A stretch of 64,000 nucleotides of DNA, from the NCBI GenBank assembly GCA_963662275.1, contig OY759316.1, forward strand, positions 2,016,001-2,080,000, in the 5' to 3' direction. This DNA is from Candidatus Cloacimonadales bacterium. Lineage in GTDB: Bacteria > Cloacimonadota > Cloacimonadia > Cloacimonadales > DAONDQ01. This document shows, piece by piece, positions 48,186 through 59,473 of the stretch; within the stretch, counting starts at the first letter, position 1; every line of letters begins with the position of its first letter. The notes beneath the pieces were generated by a model. The model was not told where the DNA came from and made no database searches. It worked only from the letters and a program-made list of their open reading frames with translations. A program made the position numbers and the translations under genes.

Positions 48186-48480
48186 TATTCCTCCTATTTT
48201 CATTTCTTGGAAAAATAGGATATTAATCCTAGCAAAAATTTAATCTTGATTTTGAAGTTAAGAAAAGATCAAGATTTGAATTGAGCAGTCAATAAAAAAA
48301 TATTGTTTTTTTACTAAGCACTTACCAAAGCATTTATATGAAAAAAAACTTGACCAAAATTACACTTATATATGACACTTTTTTAACTGTAATTGAATAC
48401 ATTCAGATACTCCGGATTTTATAGTAGGGTACTTTCACAATTAGATTTTCATGAATAGGTTAGTTGCTAAAAAAGGATAA

Positions 48481-50730
48481 ATGATGGATTCAAAACATAA
48501 TGAGAAAATGCTTTATGAGATGCAGCACAATTCTGTTAACGAACCACAACAATTCATTAATACAGTAAATTCGGCAATTAAAAACACTCAATCACATGCA
48601 TTCTATATGCAACAGTTTTTTCTAGCTAAAGCCATGCTGGTTTTAGGAAAAATCAAACCCGCTTTAGAACTGCTACATAGCATGAAGCCTGAATTAGAAA
48701 AAAAACGAGATTATTTTTGTTTAGGTAAATACTATATTACCTTATACAATATACAATTTCTTATGGGCTGGGATTCCAGACTATATACAGAATATTACAA
48801 TCTAGCTGAGCAATATGTAAAACAAAGCAATAGCAAAGCTCTTCAGTGCGAATTGAAAATACTAAACACACTGATAGCGGGAACGGATAAAACTCTTGAG
48901 ATGAAAGAAGAATTGTTGCAGGAAGCCATGCAGGATGCAATAGAAGCCAATATCCTGGATTTGAAACTGGAAGTTTATCTTGCCTATAGTCCGCTATATT
49001 TAGTCACTAACATGCCTGAACATGCTTCCCGTGAATTGATGCTGCTAGTTGATATGGTTCCTAAAGAACAAAACCCATTTTTATATACACAAATTTACAA
49101 CTACTTGGGTGTTATCCAGATGATGTTACAAGAATTTGTAAAATCAGAAAAGTATCTTTTACAGGGCATCACCATAGCAAAAGAGAAGGGATACAAACAG
49201 CAATTAGTAGCATTAATGTTGAACATGGGTTTGAACTATGTAGCCAACGGTAAGATTGAGGAGGGGATAAGTATATACCAGGAATGCATGCAGATTGTCA
49301 AAGACTGCGGGATGGAAAATTCTGTAAATGCAAACAAAGTACAAGACAATCTGGCAAATGCTTTAGGCAGAATGGACAGACTTGATGAAGCTATTGATAT
49401 ACTCAGATCTTCGTTAAATAGCAGTGTGATTTCTAACAACAAACTAAGGGAAAATATCCTGAACGTTAATCTTGCCAATATCCTGATCGAAAAGGAAGCT
49501 TTTGCAGAAGCTGAGCAACTACTTGACACTGCTATAAATTATTTTACCGAGGAAAAGAACCAGTTGTATCTAGCAGTTGCCTATCGTTGTAAGGCAAGGT
49601 TGCTAGAGGCAATGGAAAGCTACAAAGATGCTTTTGAAATTATGGAGCTGTTGGATAGAACCAACCAAAAGTATTTTTATGAAAATGTCAACAAGCATAC
49701 ATCGCAGTATCAGTTGCGGATCGATAAATTGCGAAGCGAATATTTGCTGATGAAAAGTCAATGTGCAGAGAATTTTGAATTTCATAACCTGAGCCTGAAT
49801 ACAGATCTGATCGGTGAACATCCTTCTTTGAAAAAAGCACTTAAAGATGCTTTTATGGCGGCAAAGTACTCATTTGCGAATGTTTTTATCACTGGTGAAT
49901 CAGGTACAGGCAAGGAAGTAATAGCTCAGATAATTCATAATGAAAGCAAGACAGGAAAACCACTAGTGGCAATAAACGCTTCGGCAATATCGCCTAATTT
50001 GATTGAGAGTGAGTTATTCGGTCATAAAAAAGGTGCCTATACAGGGGCAATGGAAGACAGAAAAGGAAAATTTTTACTGGCGGATAAAGGAACCCTATTT
50101 TTGGACGAGATATCAGAGATGCCGGTGGAATGCCAGGTAAAGTTGCTTCGAGCAATCGAGACACATACCATCCAGCCCGTTGGCAGCGATAAAGATATCC
50201 TTGTGAACTGCCGGATCATCAGTACTTCAAACTGCGAAATGGGGAGCTTAATCCGAAATAATAAATTTAGATTGGATTTGTATCACAGGCTGAACAAGAT
50301 AGAAATACATCTTATTCCATTGAGGGAAAGAATATCTGACTTGGAAGTGCTTATAGAGCACTTTGTTAAGCGTTTCTCCAAAGAATTACGTATTCCTGTC
50401 CCAATAATTAGCGAAGGTTTTTATCAGCGGTTAAGAGAATACAGCTTTCCGGGAAATATCAGAGAATTGATGAATATTGTGGAACGTATTTATATTCTTA
50501 AACCCGCACCAGTGTGGAAAGCTGATCAATTGGATGGTTTGATTAAAGATAAAACCAAAGTAGAATTCACTGATTTAAACATTTCGCACAATCTGAAGCA
50601 GGCAGAATATCAGATTATAATCGAGGCACTGGAGAAGACCGGATGGGTACAGAAGGAAACTGCCAAATTGCTAGCTATGCCAGAGAGTACTCTCAGCAGG
50701 AAAATTAAGTCTCATGGCATCAAACAGTAA
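48481..50730 (+). CDS. TPR-domain sigma-54-dependent transcriptional activator
   Basis: N-terminal TPR helices; GESGTGKE, ESELFGHKKGAYTGA, LFLDEI, FPGNIREL; C-terminal Fis-type HTH. Confidence 0.9.
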   Translation: MMDSKHNEKMLYEMQHNSVNEPQQFINTVNSAIKNTQSHAFYMQQFFLAKAMLVLGKIKPALELLHSMKPELEKKRDYFCLGKYYITLYNIQFLMGWDSRLYTEYYNLAEQYVKQSNSKALQCELKILNTLIAGTDKTLEMKEELLQEAMQDAIEANILDLKLEVYLAYSPLYLVTNMPEHASRELMLLVDMVPKEQNPFLYTQIYNYLGVIQMMLQEFVKSEKYLLQGITIAKEKGYKQQLVALMLNMGLNYVANGKIEEGISIYQECMQIVKDCGMENSVNANKVQDNLANALGRMDRLDEAIDILRSSLNSSVISNNKLRENILNVNLANILIEKEAFAEAEQLLDTAINYFTEEKNQLYLAVAYRCKARLLEAMESYKDAFEIMELLDRTNQKYFYENVNKHTSQYQLRIDKLRSEYLLMKSQCAENFEFHNLSLNTDLIGEHPSLKKALKDAFMAAKYSFANVFITGESGTGKEVIAQIIHNESKTGKPLVAINASAISPNLIESELFGHKKGAYTGAMEDRKGKFLLADKGTLFLDEISEMPVECQVKLLRAIETHTIQPVGSDKDILVNCRIISTSNCEMGSLIRNNKFRLDLYHRLNKIEIHLIPLRERISDLEVLIEHFVKRFSKELRIPVPIISEGFYQRLREYSFPGNIRELMNIVERIYILKPAPVWKADQLDGLIKDKTKVEFTDLNISHNLKQAEYQIIIEALEKTGWVQKETAKLLAMPESTLSRKIKSHGIKQ

Positions 50731-50970
50731 TCTGATAAACCTAGATATTTCATTATTGGAATTTCATTATTGCAGTTCCACCTATTTTTCAAATGATATC
50801 TACACGGGATTAGCGTTGCAAAATCTTCATATCTACACCGTTTGCATTAAGTTACAAATGCAATTCAGCAATTAAGTTCGGATTTGATTTCAAAGCGGGT
50901 GAGACTGCAGCGTTAACGATCTATCCGAATATGCTATTAGAGAATCGAAATTTGGAGAAAAAACGAGAAT

Positions 50971-52251
50971 ATGGTGATTCAGATGAAAAACACTTTTACT
51001 CCCCAGTTTAAGCAAACAGCCCCAGACAGGTTGGAAATGAAAAAAGGTGGTGGCTGTATCGGCTGCTTTGGCGTTCCGTTCTTTATTGCCGGTTTATTCA
51101 TCCTTTTAATTGGTTTAAAGATTATACCTGTTTCTAATGCTAATGAAGTTCCCTGGTGGTCTTGGCTCGTGTTTGTATTCATGGGACTGGCTTTCACTAG
51201 TGTGGGAAGTGGTATGGTTTTTGGTCGCAACTGGATTACTTTGGATATGACAAGACGGCGAATCTGGGTCGCTTGGGGACTTCTCAAACCAATGCGGGGG
51301 CAGGAATATAACCTGGATGACTATGAAGAAATTACACTAAAATTTATAGCAGGTGATTCAGATACAGCAGATAGCTATCCAGTTTCTCTGAAAGATGTTA
51401 GTGGCAACAATGAGCTTGCCATTTTTAGTACAGGAAATTATGGAACATCCTTTGAACAGGCTACGTTACTTTCTAATTTCATTAATCTGCCTTTGAAAGA
51501 CTTAACTACTGATCATCCAATTACAGTCAAAACAGAAGAAACAAGCATAGATCAAGATACAATATTAACTGACATTGAAAGTGATATTCCTTCCCAGCCA
51601 TTTACTATGAAGTGTGACGTTCAAAAAGGAGAGAATTATGTAAAAATCAGGATACCCGGTCCAGCATTTTCATCATTCAGTTTAATTGGATTGCTCATTC
51701 CCATAGGTTTCTTTATCTTTTTTGGCTATCCTATTCTGTCCTTTTTTGAGAGTACTCACACACCTCATTATGTTCAATATTTTTTCATCGGATTCGTTTG
51801 TATCTTCTTTTTTCTATTTCCCTTTCTCAATCTCATTAAGTCATACATACTATCAAAAAGTTTCACGATGATAGTAACTGCTGATACACAAGGCATCTGT
51901 ATAGAGCAGCTTGGGCTAATACATAAAAAACCAGTGAATCTTACTCCAGATCAGATTATTGGTTTGGATTATGGAACGAGGGAATCTATTCAATCTCTTA
52001 CCTTGAGGAATATCCAATCATCTGACCACAGTAATAATATGAATAGGGGAGGAGTGTCATCTCCTGCGAAAGGATTATCGCCATGGATTACGTGGTTGGG
52101 AAAGTACTCTTATTCTAAAGGTATAATAATAAAAAGTACAAATGGGATGTATTCTTTCGGAGCAGGCTTACCAGATGATGAGATCTATTACCTATATATT
52201 CTAATAAAACAGAATTGCAACTGTAAATCAAAATCAACCAATAAAGAATAG
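50971..52251 (+). CDS. Hypothetical membrane protein (two TM-hairpin repeats)
   Basis: Long ORF with two pairs of TM helices; GGGCIGCFGVPFFIAG; start may be ATG 50983. Confidence 0.75.
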   Translation: MVIQMKNTFTPQFKQTAPDRLEMKKGGGCIGCFGVPFFIAGLFILLIGLKIIPVSNANEVPWWSWLVFVFMGLAFTSVGSGMVFGRNWITLDMTRRRIWVAWGLLKPMRGQEYNLDDYEEITLKFIAGDSDTADSYPVSLKDVSGNNELAIFSTGNYGTSFEQATLLSNFINLPLKDLTTDHPITVKTEETSIDQDTILTDIESDIPSQPFTMKCDVQKGENYVKIRIPGPAFSSFSLIGLLIPIGFFIFFGYPILSFFESTHTPHYVQYFFIGFVCIFFFLFPFLNLIKSYILSKSFTMIVTADTQGICIEQLGLIHKKPVNLTPDQIIGLDYGTRESIQSLTLRNIQSSDHSNNMNRGGVSSPAKGLSPWITWLGKYSYSKGIIIKSTNGMYSFGAGLPDDEIYYLYILIKQNCNCKSKSTNKE

Positions 52252-52342
52252 CCCAGGAAAAATTCCTATAAGTCTCATGGAAGACAAAGAAAACAGAAAA
52301 AAAACAAAAACTAAAGAAAACCTGAGGAAAATCTAAAAAAGT

Positions 52343-53010
52343 CTAGATGATCCCTAGATGATGCCTAGATGATCCCTAGATGAACCCCAGCTCAAAAAGA
52401 AAGTGCGAAGTACGAAGTTCGAAGTACGAAATTACAGTGTTGTGGAGTAAGATGCCGATCTTACTGAATCTGCTCTTCATCCCCCATTGGGAAGGGGGGG
52501 CGGGGTAGCAGATAGTCTTATCTGTTTTGTGAGAGTGTCGTCCCGACCTCGAAAACTTCTGGCAGGATCGGCGTTCTGTTCTACAACCGCGTAAATGCGG
52601 AGCTACTCATCAGCAGGATCTACATCATACTCTACAATCTGTTGGACTTTACATGAAAGCTAAGAGTTTGGAGTTCAAATTTCCATCGAATCTATTACGA
52701 CTTCTCAAGTAGTAGGAAATTCGGACTTCAAAATCGACATTTTCATTCTCGGTAGCGAAAATCCTTTTCAGGGAAGTTCGAAATGCGGCAATGAAGCTGA
52801 CAAATGAAATATGAAAAGTAGGGGTTTGCGGTAGTAAACCCTTGTGCATGTGAATATGTGATGGGTTTACTACCGCAAACCCCTACTCTGTATCATAACT
52901 TTGAAAGTTGTTGTGGGGTTGGGTTTGAAACCCTACAACTCTTCAAGAGACCCCGAGGTTATAAACCATCGGGGAAAACAAGTTACAAACTTATGCAACA
53001 ACCCAACTTC
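52343..53010. repeat. Mosaic of repeat families: 11-mer x4, GAAGTWC heptamers, REP-like hairpins, 25-bp perfect IR
   Basis: CTAGATGAWSC x4 (52343-52386); heptamers 52401-52435; hairpin A 52442-52465; hairpin B 52584-52606; AGTAGGGGTTTGCGGTAGTAAACCC IR at 52817-52841/52863-52887. Confidence 0.85.
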
Positions 53011-53089
53011 TTAAAATATTCCTTGCCATGATAAATGTAATTTACAAATTATAGATGATTAGATTAGGAATGAAAAGGAATGGCAGGAT

Positions 53090-56007
53090 ATGTGGCAAAC
53101 TTACCTCTCAGAAGTGAAAAGGATTTATCAAACTGGTGGTGCAACTGAACATTCGTATCGTACACCGCTCCAAAATCTATTGAATACATTTATTAAAGAA
53201 CAGAATATCAAAAATGTGGAAGTTTTGCATGAACCTCAGCATTCTGACTTTGGTGCCCCTGATTTCAGAATCATCAATACAGATAATTCCACTGTTGGTT
53301 ATGTTGAATGTAAGACCATAGGCACTAATTTATCTGAAACACTTCAGTCTGAGCAATTAAAGAGATATATAGATATTACTCCTAATCTTGTACTTACTAA
53401 TTATCTAGAGTTTGTTTTAATCCGAAATAGTGTACCAGTTCGAAACTTCTCACTAGCATCAGAATTCGATCTCAAGCAACATACAATCCAAATTAAAGAT
53501 ACTGCTGACCTTTCAGCAATACTTGTAGATTTCTTAAAAACCATTCCTCCAAGAATCAGGAATGTCAAACAACTGTCTGTTGAATTAGCAAAAAGAACTC
53601 ATTTACTACGTGAGCTTATTCAGCCTGAATTAGTATTAGCAAAAGAAAAGAAGCTCTATATTAGTTTCTATTCAGTTTTTAAAAAGGCTCTTTTCAATTC
53701 CTTAACAGAAGCTCAATTTGCAGATATCTATGCTCAGATCATCGGATTTGGATTATTGTTCCTTCGTTTTGCACGAGATAAGGATCTGACCCGTGATAAC
53801 ATCCTATCAAACATACCTGAATACATTCCACTATTAAGAGACTTCTTCCCTAATACTCATTTTGATGAATGGCCAGATCATATTGTTTGGGTATTAGATG
53901 AAATGCTGGAATTGCTGAATCACATGGATGTTAAGTTCATTAAAGAATCCATATCATATAAGAAATTATCATTAATAGAGAAACGTGAAGATAATCGCAA
54001 AGATCCTTTCCTATATTTTTATGAGGAATTCCTGACCCTTTATGATAAGAAGCTGAAAATAGAACGAGGTGTTTTTTATACTCCAGAAGCAGTTGTCTCT
54101 TATATTATCCGTAGCATTGATGAGATTCTTATCCAAGAATTGGACATACCGAAAGGGGTGCTGAATACAAATTTGAAGGTCTTGGATTTTGCAACAGGAA
54201 CAGGGACTTTCATCTTAGCCTGGATGGAATTAGTTATGAAGAGGGTAATAAAAGAAAACAACATGGGATTAATGAACAGCATTGTTTCTGATTATCTTCT
54301 AAAAAAGGTATATGGCTTCGAGTTTCTTATCGTTCCCTATATCCTTTGTCATTTCAGAATTCATGAATTCCTGCAAAGTGAATATTCAAATTATGCTCTG
54401 AATGAAAATGAAAGAGCACAAATCTATTTAACAAATACGCTGGAAAATGAAGAACCCCATTTCACTGAATTCTTTTCACATATTGATAATGAAGGAAAAC
54501 TCGCTGACCAAGCGAAAAATGAAGAAGAAATCATTGTCATTATGGGTAATCCTCCTTATTCAATAGCTAGTACTAATAATACAAAGTTCATAACTATTTG
54601 ATGAAGTCTTACAAAACTGCCGTCAAAGATGAGAAGAATCTACAGCCTCTTTCAGATGATTATATAAAGTTTATCAGGTTTGCTCAGTGGAAAATGGACA
54701 AAGTAAAGAAAGGAGTAATCGGCATTATTACTAATAACTCCTATCTTGATGGTCAGATTCACAGAGGAATGAGAGAAGAACTGCTTAAATCATTTGATAA
54801 AATCTATGTTCTTAATTTACATGGGAATACAAATACAGGAGAAAATTGTCCTGTAGATATCAAAGACGAAAACGTATTTGATATCAAGCAGGGAGTTAGC
54901 ATCATTTTCTTGATTAAGTCACCTGATCTATCAGAGAAAGGTCTATATTATGATGAATTATTTGGTACGAGATTATCAAAATATACCCACTTGTATGAAT
55001 CAACTGCATTAAATGATAAAGGCATTTTAGTTGAACCATCGATACCTGAATATTGGTTTGTTCCAAAAGAAATTGTGGATAAACAATATAGCTCTTCCTG
55101 GTCTTTAGCGGATATTTTTAAAGAATATATTAGTGGTGTTATGACAAATGATGATGCTAATTTGATTTCTTTAAAACCAAGTAAATCGGAATTTGAACAA
55201 TGCTATTATTATAAGCCTTTTGATATCAGATATATTGAGTATGATTTACATAAGATTTCACGCCACCGTTATCCAATTATGAAACATCTTTTAAAAGATA
55301 ATTTAGCTCTAGTATTCAGACGTTCTGGTGAAGGTAGTGAATGGGATTTAATTCATGTTACTTCTCATTTAGTCGATAAAAACTGCTTTGTGAGACAGAC
55401 ATATATTGCACCATTATTCGTATATGATGATGATCAACGGAATCATAATTTTTCAGATTCCTTCATGAAAGCTTTAGCTGAAATGTATGGATTGGAAATT
55501 GAACCGGAAATACTGTTTGCTTATATCTATAGTATTCTTTACTCCAATAAGTATAGATCTAAATACCATGAAGCTTTGCAATCAGGTTTTCCCCGAATTC
55601 CTTTCTGCGTTGAATATGATTTATTTATTGAAATTTCGGAACAGGGTCAGAGATTAATTGATTTGCATTTATTGAAAGCAGAACCGAAATCAATGAGTCC
55701 CAATCCTTGTTTTCCAGTAGCTCATGCGGATTTGTTTGTATCTAAAGTCAAGTATATCTCCAATGATGATAAGGATGGCAAGGTTTGGATTAATGATACA
55801 ACTTACTTTGATCGAATTCCTCATGCTATCTGGAATTATCAGATTGGAGGGAACCAGGTTTTAGAAAAATGGCTGAAAGAACGGAAAAAGCATAAATATA
55901 CGCTGACCGGTGCCGATGTATCTCATTTCCTGAAAGTGTGTGCTGTTCTTAATGAAACGATTGAGATACAAGAGAAACTGGATGGGTTGGTAGGCTCTTT
56001 TATTTAG
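53090..56007 (+). pseudogene. Type IIG-like restriction-modification enzyme (endonuclease + N6-adenine MTase + ISP-type specificity domain), frameshifted near 54598
   Basis: GAPDF...GYVECK nuclease motif, RGVFYTP, LDFATGTGTF, GNPPY in ORF 53090..54601; DDYIKFIRFAQ, ITNNSYLDG...RGMR, FPRIP, WNYQIGG.QVLEKWLK in ORF 54598..56007; one missing T in ATT TGA TG would fuse them (KFITILMKSYK). Confidence 0.8.
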
Positions 56008-56067
56008 TACAAGCTAAACAAAATCACCGTATTGCTTTATAATGATAAGGAAGGTTTAGGAGAAGCA

Positions 56068-57212
56068 ATGGTAAAAGAATTTGATTCGCAGGAAACAATG
56101 TTAGCACATTCTGAAGCATAAGTAGAGTTGTATTCAAAATATCTTGTCGCTTACTTGTCTATTCTTCACAATTTTCCAAAAAAAAAAGAATTATTATTGT
56201 CGATACATATTGTGGAAGAGGAATCTATAAAAACGGAAGACCTGGCAGTCCAGTAAAAGCATATGAGATTGCATTGGAAGTGAGAAACAAAATAATTTCT
56301 GATAAGCAATTGGATTTATACTTTAATGATTTGAAGCCAAATTATACCGATTCAATACGTAAATATATCAGTGAGAATGAACGACACGATGACCACGTTT
56401 CAATTCACTTTTCAAATTATGATTATAATGACCTCATACAACATATTGCGAATTTAATTATGAATACCAATAAATATGAGACCAAGATCTTGATTTTTAA
56501 TGATCCATATGGTTATAAGAGCATAAGAAAGGAAGATATTTTAGGATTTTTGAGCAATGGAAACGTGGAGTTGTTTCAGTTTATCCCCATTGATTATATC
56601 AAAAGGTTTTCAAAGTTAGCTATTGATGATTCGGATGGAAGTCAAGCCATAACTAAATTTCTTGAAGATTTCTGCCCTGATTATCAAACATATTTGTCTG
56701 ATGCAAATTATGTCCAAATTTTACAGGATCATATTAAGCAAGCACTTACATTTAATCAAAAATTCTTAAGTTCTTCTTTTATTTTGGATCGCGGTTTGAA
56801 TAGGTATTTTTGCTTATTTTATGTTACTAATCACATAAGAGGATTGGAAGTCATGAATGAGGCTAAATGGAAACTTGACAGCACAACTGGTCAAATTTCG
56901 ACAAGAAATCCGGAGCAATTAAGATTGTTTGAAGATCATGTTCATGATGACTATTTAGATAAATTCAAACTTGATCTTCTTGGCTTTATAAGATCGTCAC
57001 TGAGTTATCGAACAAATATCGATATTTATGAATTTACAGTTAAAAATGATTCTGTTTGTCGACATGCTACTCTCTGTCTTGATCTATTAAGGAATGATAA
57101 TTTAATTCAAGTCGAGTTTATTGGACGGAATAATGCATACGGAATTACATATCCAAATTACAAAAAAGGGATTACTAAAATCCGAGTGAGAGGAGTAAAT
57201 GGTAAAAATTAA
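56068..57212 (+). pseudogene. Three-Cys-motif partner (TcmP-like, methyltransferase-fold) gene with premature stop and frameshift
   Basis: AGGAG RBS + ATG 56068: MVKEFDSQETMLAHSEA*VELYSKYLVAYLSIL..; after the A10 run (56178-56187) the next frame reads IIIVDTYCGRGIYKNGRPGSP and joins ORF 56274..57212 (FNDPYGY motif). Confidence 0.78.
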
Positions 57213-57963
57213 GAGAAATTCACTTCTTTACAAAACTGAAGTTGAATACGGAGATTACACTATTAATCACGTGTTTGGTTGTTCGCATGGTTGCTTATAT
57301 CCTTGTTATGCGTTCCTTAACGCAAAAAGATATGGTAGAATTAAAACATATGAAGAATGGATAGAACCTAAGCTTGTGGAAAATGCCCTTGAATTATTAA
57401 AAAAAGAAATTCCTAAATTAAAATCGAAGATTCAATCAGTACATTTTTGCTTTACGACTGATCCTTTCATGTATGGATATGATAATATTTCAAAAGTTAG
57501 CGTAGAATTAATTCAGGAGCTGAATCGCAATGAGATACCATGTACAACTCTCACAAAAGGGATTTATTCTGATTCAATCAAATCTTTAGGAAATATGAAT
57601 AAATATGGCATAACACTAATCTCATTGGATGAAGATTTTAGAATGAAAATTGAACCATTTGCTGCACCTTACCAGGAAAGGATTGATAGCTTAAAGAAAC
57701 TCCATGATCATGGTCTGAATACCTGGGTTAGTATTGAACCTTATCCAACACCTAATATCATAAAACAGGACTTTGATGAGATACTAAAATCAATATCTTT
57801 CGTTGATAAGATCATATTTGGAAGAATGCACTATAACAAATTGATAACCAAATATCCAGACTATAAACAGTTCTATAATGAACTGGCAGCTAAAGTGATT
57901 GAATTCTGTGAGAAGAATAACATAGAATATCATATAAAGAATAAGACGGTAACAGGCTTATAG
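57199..57963 (+). CDS. Radical SAM protein (SplB/DUF5131-like)
   Basis: INHVFGCSHGCLYPCYA, FTTDPF, TLTKG, EP.A....ERI..LK.LH..G..TWVSIEP. Confidence 0.85.
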   Translation: MVKIKRNSLLYKTEVEYGDYTINHVFGCSHGCLYPCYAFLNAKRYGRIKTYEEWIEPKLVENALELLKKEIPKLKSKIQSVHFCFTTDPFMYGYDNISKVSVELIQELNRNEIPCTTLTKGIYSDSIKSLGNMNKYGITLISLDEDFRMKIEPFAAPYQERIDSLKKLHDHGLNTWVSIEPYPTPNIIKQDFDEILKSISFVDKIIFGRMHYNKLITKYPDYKQFYNELAAKVIEFCEKNNIEYHIKNKTVTGL

Positions 57964-57965
57964 TT

Positions 57966-58838
57966 ATGGCAAAATCAACTCCAAAGGGAAACACCTTAAT
58001 TTATGAAAATTGTATTGTCACCTATATTGATATTCTTGGGTTCAAAGATATTGTTAAAAATAGGTTTAAAGATGATCCAAATAAAGTTATATCACTTCTT
58101 GAAGTTTTCAATTATCAAGCAAATCAATATATTGGTTTTCATCATGGAATTTTAGAGTACGGCACAATTATCAGACATTTTTCTGATATGATTGTCAGAA
58201 TTATCAGATTTGGACCAGATGAGTCATTAGCAGAACAAGCAACAATTTGCTATTTGGAACTGAGTAATCTAGCACTAACTCAGAGTGAATTGTTTAAGAG
58301 ACACATATTAATTAGAGGTGGGATGAGTATTGGTTCTATTTGTTTTAATGATGAACATATCTTTGGAGAAGCACTTAATGATGCTTATATATGCGAAAGT
58401 TCCAGAGCAAAGTATCCTATAATCGTACTTAATGAGAGAATATTAGATAAAATGCAAGAATATTCAAATGAACCACCTGAATCTGATGAGAATCTGTATT
58501 CTCTTGTGTCAAAATATAATCATAATTGTTATTTTATTGATTTTTTCTTTCAGTCGTCAGGCGCTGGCGGATTACAAAGCCAAGATCTAGGTATGCGTTA
58601 TATGCAATTGTATAGAGATTTTATAATTGAAGAAATGGTAAGAAATAAAAAATCTCCCGAAGCACTTTCGAAAATTCTATGGATGAAAGATTATTTCAAC
58701 TATACACTATCCCGTTCTGGTTATTCCTCACGCGATATTAAAACATTATTAATAGGACAATTAAAACAAACTAAACGAATTGATCCTATTAGATCTTTTT
58801 ATGGAATCGATGTTTCAAAATTTGATAATTGGTTTTAA
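57966..58838 (+). CDS. Class III nucleotide-cyclase-like protein
   Basis: YIDILGFK, FSDMIV, LIRGGMSIG, IFGEALNDAY..ES.AKYP.I motifs. Confidence 0.7.
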   Translation: MAKSTPKGNTLIYENCIVTYIDILGFKDIVKNRFKDDPNKVISLLEVFNYQANQYIGFHHGILEYGTIIRHFSDMIVRIIRFGPDESLAEQATICYLELSNLALTQSELFKRHILIRGGMSIGSICFNDEHIFGEALNDAYICESSRAKYPIIVLNERILDKMQEYSNEPPESDENLYSLVSKYNHNCYFIDFFFQSSGAGGLQSQDLGMRYMQLYRDFIIEEMVRNKKSPEALSKILWMKDYFNYTLSRSGYSSRDIKTLLIGQLKQTKRIDPIRSFYGIDVSKFDNWF

Positions 58839-59143
58839 TTCAGGAATAAATCAGTAAAATTAATCTATGAATACATTTCAGAAACAAGAGATTAGAGACT
58901 AGGATAAATCAATTAAAAATAAATGTTAAAAATTAAGAATTGTCAGAGTAGAGAAAAGCAGATGCAGAGCAGATCAGAACTAGCTCTCCCTTAATCCCTC
59001 CCTTTACAAATGGGAGGGAAATTCAAGATTTATTTTTCGAATTTTAAAAATAAATAGAAATGCTCCCTCCTATATATATATGAGAGGTGTTTTTTTGCAG
59101 AACTAAAAAATAATAGCTAAAAACTAAAAGTTGAAGAGCAGAA

Positions 59144-59371
59144 AGCAGAGGAAACCTCCGGAAATAAAGCAAAAGAGGTAAAGAAAATGAAATCCAAATG
59201 TTTAATTCTGTGAAGAAAGCGTTACAATATGTCATGAAAAAGATAAAATACAAAGATCAGCATTTAGTGAGTTATTTATCTTTCATCATTCATCTGCATA
59301 AAGACTTTGTTGAAATGGATGGGCATAAAGAAATGGATATTATTATCAAGCAATGTTGCTGCAGAGCATAG
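59144..59371 (+). repeat. Direct repeat copy 1 (~225 bp) containing a 57-aa ORF (59198..59371)
   Basis: Matches 60897-61118; 87-bp core identical (59251-59337 = 61004-61090). Confidence 0.9.
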
Positions 59372-59395
59372 AAAACCTATACATGAAATAACATA

Positions 59396-59425
59396 TTGAC
59401 AGAAAAGCAGTTACTTCGCTATTGT
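59396..59425 (+). promoter_or_regulatory. Possible sigma-70 promoter of the AAA ATPase gene
   Basis: TTGACA-18 nt-TATTGT about 50 nt upstream of ATG 59474. Confidence 0.4.
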
Positions 59426-59473
59426 TCCATTATGGGAGTTGACTCCCATATCTGCACATAATGAGGTGATCAG

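Noticed and set aside
50731..50970. Sigma-54 promoter near the TPR activator
   Set aside because: No convincing TGGCAC-N5-TTGC element found by eye.
56119..56121. Stop-codon recoding in the TcmP-like gene
   Set aside because: TAA terminates many ordinary genes here and the same gene has a second lesion, so decay or error is simpler.
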